From assembly GCA_031835245.2 (NCBI GenBank), contig JAVKOQ020000005.1:434001-498000 (forward strand): 64,000 bases of DNA. Direction: 5' to 3'. Source of the DNA: Balamuthia mandrillaris (taxonomy: Eukaryota). The stretch's first letter is position 1. The number at the start of each line of letters is the position of its first letter. Made by a program: the position numbers and the translations under genes. The notes beneath the pieces were generated by a model. That model was not told the origin of the DNA. It saw nothing but the letters and a program-made list of their open reading frames with translations, and did no database searches. Below are positions 23,792 to 34,198 of this stretch, in pieces.

Positions 23792-26222
23792 TTAATAGAT
23801 ATAAGGAACGATTCTGTAAGGAACGCGCTGCTCGTATTTTTCCCAATCCTGTTTGAAAGGTCCAAGGAGTTTAAAAAATTGAAAAAAACGCAAGAATACA
23901 AGACACATACCTTTTGGTACTTTTGTCTACAACGTCTGTTATCTCGAACCTCACGATGAACAAGAAGCAAAGTGAGATAAATGGGATATATCCAAGGCAA
24001 AACTGTGGAGAAGCGACAGGGAAGACTGAAGGCGACAGCGAGAAGGAGGTCCCCAAAGTAGTTGATGTGACGAGCTAATCCCCACCAGCCACTCACCAAC
24101 AACTTGCCTGCAATGGTCTCTGCTGGTTTTCCCCAAATCTTTACCTATATTTTGTTTCAATACAACAGGACAGTAAGAGAGAGAGAGAGAGAGAAGAGAA
24201 GAGAAGAAAGAAGTAGAGCAAAGTGTGAAGAGTGAACAGAGAAGAGCGAAAAGAGAGAGGAAAAGAAGAAAAGATGACTGGTACAAACCTTGTTATCATG
24301 CTTGAACTCGTGTTTTTGAGAGTTGCTGCCACGGAAGATGGAATAACCCAAAATGAAGACAGCGACCATGCTAACAAGTAACAGTTAAAATGGGATAACA
24401 TTCAAAAAAAATGATGGTGGACGTACCCTAAGACTTGCCACAAAGGCAGGGAAGAAGTATCTTCCAACAAGAACCATGCTTGGATGCTGAACACAAAAGG
24501 AATGAAGACAATATCTCCCCATACTAACATCAATCCAAATCTGCACCGAAAGAAATGACCATTTGAGTGGGCATGGAAAAGAAGCAAAGAAGAAGAGAAG
24601 AGGAAAAGCGGAAAAGGAGTGAAGGATGAAGAGAGGTGAGGAAAGAAAACAATCAAAAAAAGAAACTAGATAACAGAAAGCGGTATGCAGAGAGATGAAC
24701 TACCTTTCGGCAATGATGTCCCAAGTGGAGGTCATGCGTTCCTCAAACCAAAAGTAGTCAAATATGTAGGCCAGCGTGAATGCTTGGTACAGAATCATGG
24801 GCGTACTCACAAAGCCATTCAACTCATAGTGTTTAGCTAAATGTGGAGAGTTAGGTTTAAATTGAAAACAAAAGAGAAAGAGAGAAAACAAGCAGAGGAT
24901 AAACAGAAAGAACATAACAAAGAAACGAAGCGAGAACAGAGAAAAGAAAGAAGAAGCAAAAGAAACTAACCAAGGAAAGAAAGGTTAATGACAGCCCATC
25001 CCATCATGGAAGGCTTGAGCCAAAAGAGTTTCAATGGTTGGCCAAACACAAAAGGCATCAGCTGTGTTCCAACCACAAAGTTCTCAACAAAGGTTCGACC
25101 TTTGGCTTCGCCGGAAAGAGTGCCGACAATGTAAAGGTAGATCGATACAAGAAAAGCGGCAACATTCGCCTTTTCCAAGGAAGAAGACAGAAAGAAGATG
25201 GAATAGGATAGGCATATAAGCAAATAAGAACTAATAACAAGAGAATAGAAACGAGGGCCAGAAGAAAAACAAGAGAGAACGACAAGGAGTGATAAAAAGA
25301 AAGCAGATAAGCACCGAAAGGAAAATGGCATAAAAGTTATCGTAGACTATAGTGCCAGGAATGTAGCCTGCATCCATCATTCCCGATTAGTCATTTTTTT
25401 TTTAAAAATAAAGAAGAAAGCAAGCGAGAGAAACAGAGAGAAGAGAGCAAGCGAAAAAGAGTTGAGAGCGAAGAGACAGAGGAGAGAAGAGGAACAAAAA
25501 TATATCAGCGTGCCTGTGTAATGACCAACAGCGCCTGCTGTCACCAAAAGACAAAGCAAACGAAAGCCATTGATCTAAAATATAACCAACCAAATTAGAC
25601 TTAAGACAAGCACAGAAATAAAAAGACACGTTGAGGAAAGAATGAATGAAGACCAAGAAGAAGGAGAAGAACAAGAAGAAGAACAAGAAGAAGAAAGCAG
25701 GAGGAAAAGAAGTGAAAGGAGAAGAACAAGAAGAAGAAGAAGAAGAAGAAGAAGAAGAAGAAGAAGAAGAAGAAGAAGAAGAAGAAGAAGAAGAAGAAGA
25801 AGAAGAAGAAGGCAAGAAGAAATACCTTGAAGCGAATGCGACGACCATCAGACAAAGGAACACCAAGGTGATAGCTGCCAGGCACAATGACGGTGGCCAG
25901 AAACAGCCCAACCACGTAAATGGGGAAGAGGGAGGCCTGATAGAGCGTCGGCAAGCGCAAGTAATGCTCCTGCACGTAGTTCAGGAGGTGCTCTTTGCTG
26001 AGAGCGTGAAGCCAGTCCTGCCGTACTGTGTATTCCAAGTAGCCCTTTGTTGGAGAAGGAAAGAACCAAGCAACAAAGAGAGAAGAGAGAGGGGAGAAGA
26101 GAGGAGAGGAAAGGATGAATCAGAAAGAGAAGAAAAGTATGAGATCAAAAAATAAAAGCGCGAGGAGGTACCAAGCCCAAAAGAAGCATCAAAGCGACAT
26201 GACAATACGCGACCATGCCCAT
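23792..26222 (-). CDS. ERG24: Delta14-sterol reductase (ERG4/ERG24 family, resembles plant FACKEL), multi-exon
   Basis: [82 protein letters not shown]. Confidence 0.92.
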
Positions 26223-26518
26223 CTTGGCAAAAATCTTACGTTAGGCCAAAAAAAAAACTCTGCTCTTTGCCGCTGGCGTGCACGTGCTTGGCCTAAAGGG
26301 AAAGAACAAAACTGTTGCTCAGCGATAAGCGGGTCACCCTGTCGGCCGGTGACGCAGTAACGTGGTTCTTCTTCGCGAATCTGCCTCGGCGTTTCTTCTC
26401 CTCTCGCCACAAACCATATCATACATCACTCTATCCTTTTAAAAGTAAAACCACACGTCACAATATCCCCTTAAGGATAAATTTTAATGTCCGAAATACC
26501 AAATTTGGATATAACACG

Positions 26519-27088
26519 TCATTCCATATTTCTGGCGTACTTGCAGCTCACGATCCCGAACTTGGCCGAGACCTGCGAGGAAACGAGCTTCCATTGCTTC
26601 TCCCCGCTGGGCAGGCTCTTCTCGTCCGCCGCGAACAACGGCACCCCCGCTCCCAGCAGCACGGGCACCCGCGTGATGTGCATCGTGTCCACCAGGTCCT
26701 CCCTCAGGAAGGCTCGAATGACCTCCCCTCCATCCACGTAGACCCGCCGCACTCCCTCCTTCCCCAACCGCTCCACCAGGCGAGCCATGCTCTTCTCCTC
26801 GCAGAACTCCACCCTCTCGTCCGTGGTGTCGGTCGTTCTGGACGTCAGCACCACCACTCGTTTGCCCGCGTAGGCCCAGGGCCTGTCGACCATGCCAGCC
26901 ACCACGTCGTAGGTCTTTCGGCCCATCACCATGCAATCTATCTCCGCCATGAAGTCGGCGAAGCCAAAGTCGCCCTCGCTGCCATCCGAGCTGTTCTCCA
27001 GCCAGGCGAAACCCCCCTCCGGATCCGCGATGAAGTTGTCCAGGCTCGTCCCAATGAACACATGGCAGGTAGGCCCCTTGTTCTCCAT
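26519..27088 (-). CDS. Bacterial-type dihydrofolate reductase family protein (RibD C-terminal domain), intronless
   Basis: FIGTSLDNFIA, MVMGRKTYD, VYVDGG, LVDTMHITRVPVLLGAGVPLF. Confidence 0.9.
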   Translation of the reverse strand: MENKGPTCHVFIGTSLDNFIADPEGGFAWLENSSDGSEGDFGFADFMAEIDCMVMGRKTYDVVAGMVDRPWAYAGKRVVVLTSRTTDTTDERVEFCEEKSMARLVERLGKEGVRRVYVDGGEVIRAFLREDLVDTMHITRVPVLLGAGVPLFAADEKSLPSGEKQWKLVSSQVSAKFGIVSCKYARNME

Positions 27089-27518
27089 TTGGTTTTTAAG
27101 GTTATGTCCGCTATTCCGGTATGGTCTTTCTCAGGTCTGGTGTTCTGTCCAAACAAAACAGAGAGAGAGAGAAAAAAAAGAGGGGTTGTTGGCAGCTTTA
27201 TTTTTTTCGAAGAAAAAATTCGGAGTTTTTTATGATTTACCATTGGCAGAAAGTGAATCAGATTGCATCAACCAGCCTATAATACCGTCTTCTGATCGGA
27301 TGCATGCGCAAGAGAGAGCGTTGCCGCCAGACCGCAAGAAGTTGAAAGTCGTTTCCGAAAAAAGTGGTGCTTCCCGTCCGAGTGCTCGGCGGTGCAGAAG
27401 GAATGGACGCCGTGAGTATGAAGTTGGATACAGTCATACCGCAAGGAAGATCCGTTCATGTCGGATACGGTTATTACCTTCTGCTGCGGCCATACTGCAA
27501 GAGATGGGTTATACGGGC

Positions 27519-27637
27519 GGATACGGCCATACTGCGGAGAAAGCACCGCTTCCCGTCCGATCAGCGAAGTTAAGCTCCGCCAGGCGATGTTAGTACTGGG
27601 GTGGGTGACCACCCGGGAATCCATCGTGCTGTATCCT
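27519..27637 (+). rRNA. 5S rRNA (copy 2, identical to copy 1)
   Basis: Same 119-nt sequence as the reverse complement of 23450-23568, with a downstream T-run terminator. Confidence 0.97.
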
Positions 27638-27943
27638 TCCTTTTTTGTTCTTTCTTTCTTTTTTTTTTTTAAACTTGGCTGGCTCTGTTTCTTCTCTACC
27701 CTCCTCCTTTTTTTGTTTTTTGTTTTTGTTTTTTGGTGTGTCAGAACTCTTTTTCTTTTCCTTCTCCTTTTTTTTTTTTAAAAAAACTTGGCTGCCCTCC
27801 TCTCCTCTCTTCTGTTGTCCCAGTGTTTATCTTGTTCTCGTTCTCTGCATCTTCTCTCTGTAGGAGGAACATCTTTGAGCTCTAGTTTTTTTTTGATGCG
27901 TTCTCCTCTTCATGGAAAAAAAGCAATGAAATTAAAAGCAAAA

Positions 27944-29966
27944 CTAACACGCAGAAGGTGATGAAGATGGCGGAGGTGCAGATGCTGAAGAGGAAGAGGA
28001 AGAGGAAGAAGAAGAAGAAGAAGAAGAAGAAGAAGAAGAAGAAGAAGAAGAACAAGAAGAAGAAGAACAAGAAGCAGCAGCAGCAGTGGCGTTCTCATCA
28101 TGAGGAGCTGTTGCATTCTTCTCTTTTTCCAGCATCTCTTTCAGCAGGTGTTGGGTGATGGGATCGCTGAAGCCAAAGAACAAAGGTCCGCTGATCCGAG
28201 AACCGGGACTTGGCCCGTTAATACAAACTTGTGTCCATGGATGCGTTGGTGAAGTCCCCGCATAACTCTGTGCTTCTCTTGTTTCTTGCTCTCTAGCTTT
28301 CTCTGTCTCATTTGCGTTGGTAATGTCGTTGTGCTTCGCTTCTTTCTCGTTATCGTTGCTGTCGTTGGCGTTGCTGTGCTTCTTTTCTTCTGTTGTTTCC
28401 GCATCGAAGCGAGGATCATAACTCCGTTTTTCCGCCACACAAAAGAGAGGTCCTGCATCTCCTTCTTTGATGGTCATGACCCACACTTTACCCCAGTGCT
28501 CCTTTGTGGCGAGATATCCCACTGGGTAAGGATGACGATAACGGCACTGGGAAGAGCTCCAGTACAGCTCCTCATTGGGACCTTTGTAAAGCTGACCTAG
28601 AGACCAGATGGTAATGCCAAGGCTAGGTAATGTAATCGGCACCGTTATATTGCATAGTTGCTTTTGGCATGAACAAAGGGTAAGAAGCTGAGAGAATGGA
28701 GAACAAAGAAAGGAGATAAGAAGGTACATCAATAGATATTTTTCGCTGCCCAAAGTAAACTCGCACAGTGTTTGTGTAGAAGACATTTTCTAGGTTTTCT
28801 CTTTCTTTCATTTTTTCTGCTTTGACTGTTTGCTGCATCACAAGAATAACGAACGCGAAGAGAATAAGAAAGAGAAGGTGAAGAAGCAGGAGAAGAAGAC
28901 GGAGGAGGAGAAGAACAAGAACAAGAAAAAGGAGCAAACAGAAAGCATTGAGTGAGCAATAAAAAAAAATAAGACGAAAGAAGAACTTACAGCAATTTGA
29001 ATGAGGTCAGGAGCACTCTCTCCCATAAGACGTCTTGACTTTCTTTGTGGCTCTTGTGTCACGTTGTTATTGTCGCCATCCGAATCAGTATCAAAGCTTC
29101 TTCGCTTCTTCTTTCTGTTGCGTGATGCTAAAGATGAACGCTGTGGATGGCTGTTACCGTTCGAAGAAGAAAACGAAAGCATCAGTTCTTGTTTGGTCAC
29201 CCCCAAGCCCAAAGCTTGCAAGAATGCTTTGTTCTGCTCCAACCGCTCTTTTCTCTTTCGTTCATACTCAGTTTCTTGACTTTGTTCTTCTTCCTCATCC
29301 TCTTCTGCTTCTTCCTCTTCTTCCTCTTCCTCATTCTTCTCCTTTTCTACTTTCTCTTCTTCTTTTTCTTTCTTCAAAACTCGTATCTTGTGTGGCTGTT
29401 CAGCTGTCCGCTTGTTTGGATCTCTTTGCTTCTCGTTTTCGCCTTCTGCTTGCGGTGGTCGTTCTTTTGTTGTTGGCTCAGCTGCACAACGAGGACAATA
29501 AAAGTGTTTCAGCTTGTTGGCTTCTCGCTATTGTGCATCAAAAAAATGTTTTGTTTGTCAGAAAAAAAAATTTAGGTCAAAACAGATCAAACCAATCGAA
29601 TCCGATTCACAAAAAAAACCGGTAGTAACAGCCATCATCATATATATTTTTTTTAAAAAAATAAAATCAAACCTTTGTGGTGTTGACACAGGGGCCGTGG
29701 AACCATTCGTTGCAGCTATCACAAGCGATCATGAACTTTCCGTTCTCCCCTTTCCTGCAAAGACAATACACCGAATCGGAGTCAGAGCCATCGCTTGCTA
29801 CTTTTTTCTTTCTCTGCGGGCTCCGTTTTGGTGACGACTCGGTTTTCTGCTTTTTCTGTTTGCTCGCGAGGGGAGGTCCTCTCGCCGCCGAGTTCTCCCC
29901 TTGTTCCAACGAAGCCAATCGGCCGCCGCCACCGCTGGCGCTGCTGCGTCTTCGTTTTCTCGCCAT
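27944..29966 (-). CDS. PHD finger plus FYR-N/FYR-C-like chromatin protein, 4 exons
   Basis: YCLCRK..NGKFMIACDSCNEWFHGPCV|..HFYCPRC; YERKRKERLEQNKAFLQALG; IWSLG...YPVGY...GPLF...SPTHPW...ISGPLFFGFSDP. Confidence 0.82.
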
Positions 29967-30192
29967 TTCTTCTTTCTTCTTCGTTAAATCGAAAAAGTAT
30001 TCGATAACTGTAATCTTTTTTCCAAAATTTTGAATTTATTGCTGTTTTTTAAGAATAAATTTAAAATTGGATTATTTCAGCAAAAATTGATAAAAAATTG
30101 AAAATTTCTCGAAAAGCAACGATTGGCGTTACATGCAGAGAAGAGAACAGAAGAGAAAGGAGGAGGAAGCGGAGGAGAAGCTTTGTTCGCGT

Positions 30193-31276
30193 TTACAGGT
30201 TAGCACGGAGGTGATCATCCGACGCAGCAGCACTTGCTCCGCCGCCAGACCTATCCTTGCCAAACCGAACATGGGCCTGGCCCAACCCGCCATCCGTCAA
30301 CATGTTGAAGGGACGGGCGTAGACCTCCTGCTTCAGGGCTCGTACAGCCGCCCGATTGAGGCCCGCCTTTTGGGAGAGCCTCTCGGCCACTTGGAGGGCC
30401 TGAGGGAAGAGGGAGTCTTGCTCCTGAACGGCCTCGTCCACGATGCCCTCGGCCTGGGCCTCCGCGCCGGTGTACCTCTTGCTCAGGAGAAGCAGGTTGC
30501 GAGTGGTCTGTTTTCTCAGCTTTGCTCTCGCGATTGCTGTCCTGTTGTATTAAAGAGTTACAAAGAGGAAGAAAGAAGAGAAGGAAGGGCGAAAGCAAGA
30601 AACGTACATTCCAGGAGTGAGAGGAAAGCCGAGCTCGATTTCAGGCATGCAGCAAAAACCTCGTTGAGTGGCCATTAGCCGGTAGTCGTGAGTCAGAGCG
30701 AAGAGCAAACCGCCGCCATAGGCATGACCTTTTGTTTTTTTGTGAACAATGTGAGCGTTGCGCTTGTTTACGGTATACCGCAGGTGATAGCCGTCATACC
30801 ATTGATGGCTGCCACCGTGGGAACGCTGCTGGAGAGGAACCGGGCCAACACGCCCATGAATAACCGCAGGAACTCATCGCCCCTGTCCTCGTTCTTGGCC
30901 AACCACTTTAGGTCCAGACCGTTGCTGAAGAACTCTCCCTCGCCGATCGTCAACAATGCTGTAGGGCCTTCAGCTCTGTTTGTTGAACGAAGCAATCAAC
31001 GTTTTGACAAGAAGAAGAAGAAGAACAAGAAGGAGAATGAGAGAAGGAGCAAAAAAAGACAACAGAAAGCAGAAGAAACCTTTCGACAACATCCAAAGCA
31101 GTGAGAAGGCCTTTCAAGAAGGAAGGGTTGAAGCGGTTCTCGTTGGCGCAGAGCCGCAGCACAAAGACGTTACCACTGGAACCCTCTTTGGTGAGCTCCA
31201 GTCCTACGGCCTTCAGCTCGGGTAAGACCTCTTTGAAGGTACCGTTGTTTGTGTTCTGAAGGTACAGTATATCCAT
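30193..31276 (-). CDS. Delta3,Delta2-enoyl-CoA isomerase (crotonase family), probably peroxisomal; 4 exons
   Basis: ENRFNP, FFSNGLDL, PTVAAING|HAYGGG..FALTHDYR.M...GFCCMPE. C-terminal ANL is PTS1-like. Confidence 0.88.
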
Positions 31277-31616
31277 GCCGAGTACTTTTTTTTTTTAAAC
31301 AAACCAGAAGTGACCGAACAAAACGCAAAGCTGCTGGGAACGCTTGAACACCGGAGAGATGAGAGATGTTGGGAAAGTGTTTGGTAGTGGTTTGCGTTGA
31401 ATAAAAATAAAATAAAAAATTATGTGGACTTCGAGGCACCAAACATAAAAAAGCGTCATTCGTTTCGGCCGAACTTTTTCACAACACGTGAATATATTAT
31501 TAAATTGTCGACATAAATCCTATAAAAGGGAATTATTGATCTGATTTATCATCAATAAAGGATATTCACGCTGTTGTTGAATTTCGCTAAGATTTCTTCG
31601 TGCCGGCAAACCAATC

Positions 31617-31631
31617 GGAAAATTCCAGAAA
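31617..31631. promoter_or_regulatory. Three-unit heat-shock-element-like motif next to a CCAAT box
   Basis: gGAAaaTTCcaGAAa preceded by CCAATC at 31611, about 340 nt upstream of the enoyl-CoA isomerase start. Could be chance. Confidence 0.3.
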
Positions 31632-31888
31632 GAGGCGCACCAAAGGGTACACATCAGAGCGAAAAAAGTGTCCTAAGTAAATAGATTTTTTTAGGGTGGG
31701 TGAGACACACACCGTTTAGCTCCAGTTTTTTTTGTTGTGATACGACCAACGCACAATGGTTTGGTTTGGCGGTGGTCCTTGTCGACACTAATTTTCCCCA
31801 CTAAAAGTAGCAGGGAAGCGCATGGACCTTTTTGCTGCCCTTTTATCCCTTGCCATTTCTTTTCAACCATATATATGACTACTTCCTT

Positions 31889-32324
31889 TCATTCAGCGGG
31901 TGGGGAGCGGAGCAGCTGCTCCAGCTTGGCTTCATCCACCCTGTGACGAAACACTTCTTTTCCTTTTGGTTTTTTTGCAGATAAGTTATCTCTGCCTGAT
32001 GAAAATGAAAAAAAAAAAAAAAACAAACAGACAGACAGGAGTACCGTTGAGGTGGACCACGGGGATGTCGAAGCAATACTTGAGCATCCATTCTTCATTT
32101 TCTTTTCTCCGTATGTCCACTTCTTCCAGCTCAAACGGTACCTGCGCACAAGCGGCTCGACTCAGTTGTTTCCAAACAAAAAAAAAAAAAAAAAAAAGAG
32201 GAGAGATAACAAGGGGGCCAACCTTTGAACGAACGCGAAGCAACACGTGCTTAGCCTCTTCGCAGAGACCACAGTCCGATTTGGTGAACAGGCGTATGGC
32301 TCTGCGGAGTGGTGTTGTTGCCAT
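31889..32324 (-). CDS. Glutaredoxin-like protein (DUF836 / YDR286C type), 3 exons
   Basis: LFTKSDCGLCEEAK, LEEVDI...W..KYCFDIPVVHLNG|KEVFRHRVD. Confidence 0.88.
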
Positions 32325-32395
32325 TTGCTTTCTCCCTTGGTTGGACCAAACTATTATCATTAGGTGATCAACCTCATAGTTATTGCTCCTCATAA

Positions 32396-32439
<44 letters not shown>

Positions 32440-32808
32440 TCTCTCTCCTTCTCTCTCCTTCTCTCTTCTCTTCTCTTCTCGCTTCTCTTGGGATTAACCT
32501 ACTGTGACTTTTGAAAAAATTGTGCTTTGTGTTCTCGCAAAGGTTTCTAACCTTCGAGCAAGATGGTCGATGATGTTTCGTTGCCTCCTCTTTATTCTCG
32601 CGTTCTTTTTCCACCACAGTAATGGTTGGAAACCTTTGCAGACGTTCTCGCTAACGACATTAAAGCATGTGAGTGAACACATCGAACGAGGCCGAGCTTG
32701 AACTCCAAAATACGTAAAGCAATTTTCTCGTCTTTTTAAGGGAGTACTCATTTGTAACTCTCATATAGTGCACACACAGCTGAAGCTAGCAGTCATGTTG
32801 ACAGAGTG

Positions 32809-33468
32809 TTAATAATAATCAGGGTCAGCGAACCCCACCAATTCATAAAATTCATCCTCAGCATCAACGGAGGAACTCTGAGGAGGACCAAAAGCCACAC
32901 AAAGCCCTTTGGCAGCAGCCAGCTCCAGTTCGGGTTGGTTGGACACCCAATGCACTTCCTTTTTGCAGATATCGCAATACCTAGTGGTTGGGGAGCTGCC
33001 TTCCTGCAGAGATTTCTTTTTTGTCGTTTGCGTCAGATGCAGAGATAAAAAAGAAAAGAGAAAAAAGAAAAAGAAAAAGAAAAAAAAAAGAAGGATGATA
33101 AAGAATGTTAAAACAAAGTTGCCCACCCAGCTCATAGGACATTTCTTTATCCAGGAACAACGTTCAATGGGGGCGTCGTCCCAGGACTGAAGGGCCATGT
33201 GTTGATGACGAGCGCGATAAAACTTCTTCCAGCTCCTCACCCTCAGCAGGGGTGATTGTTGGGGCCATCGGAAAAGAAAGAGAGGTTGCCAAATGCTGTT
33301 GTCGCCGCTCAATCCGTGCCAACGGCGACATACGAGGGAGAGATGGAGGCACACCTCCCTAGCCACCAAAAATCCCTCTTCACAGGTTCCCTCCTCTTCA
33401 ATGGCACATACGGGGCGAGCAACGACCGTAAGGATCTTGAGCACCAGCTCGTCGGGTATCTCCTCCAT
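32809..33468 (-). CDS. F-box protein with C-terminal Cys-rich domain, 2 exons
   Basis: IPDELVLKIL...LSLVCRRWHGLSGDNSIWQ (F-box); KCPMSW|KSL......RYCDICKKEVHW......ELELAAAKGLCVAF. Confidence 0.8.
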   Translation of the reverse strand: MEEIPDELVLKILTVVARPVCAIEEEGTCEEGFLVAREVCLHLSLVCRRWHGLSGDNSIWQPLFLFRWPQQSPLLRVRSWKKFYRARHQHMALQSWDDAPIERCSWIKKCPMSWVGNFVLTFFIILLFFFFFFFFFLFSFLSLHLTQTTKKKSLQEGSSPTTRYCDICKKEVHWVSNQPELELAAAKGLCVAFGPPQSSSVDAEDEFYELVGFADPDYY

Positions 33469-33785
33469 GTTTCGTTTGTCTTGGCTTTTGTTTCAGCTAT
33501 GCTTTTCTCATTTTTTTCTCACCGGAAGATAATTGTTTGTGTCGGGAGTCGATCCGGGTGCAGTCGTTTAACAATTCTAATAGGGTGAAACGTTTAAATT
33601 AATTATAATGAGATAATAGGTATTTGGTTGGCCCTCTCTCCTCTCCAGGATCGCGTCTTGTCGCTTCAGATTACGTGCGCATTGACCTATCTCGCGTCCG
33701 AGGATCATTCCGCTCGCTTGCGTGTCCAAAACATTCCCATAAAACCATTCCAAAGCGGAAGGGACATTTGGTGCCCGAGTAAAAA

Positions 33786-34162
33786 ATGGCTGCTTCTGCG
33801 GGTGGCTCTTTGCCTTCCAACCTGGTTCCTGAAGGTGCTACCGAACTGGATTTGATGGGTAAGAAAAGTTTCAGAAGAAACAAAAGATGCAATATTAAAA
33901 CGTTGTTTTTTTTTTTTTTTGCTGTGTTGGAACAGGAGCACAGTTGGGCGTAGAGGGAGGTATAGCGCTTGCTGAGACTCTTTGTCGCAGTTCCGTTCTC
34001 ACTTCTCTGGATCTCTATGGTTTGTTTTCGCTTGTCATTTCTTTCTTGTTCCGTTCTTTCATCCTTATCGTTTTCTTTCGTTGTCGTTATCTTTTCGTTT
34101 ATTTCTGTTCTCGTCGTTTCTTTCTTGTGGTTTCTTGTGGTTTCTTGTGGTTTCTTGTTGTT

Positions 34163-34198
<36 letters not shown>

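Noticed and set aside
32390..32701. Plus-strand CT tract with possible splice sites and a short ORF
   Set aside because: No coherent gene model or recognisable product could be built.
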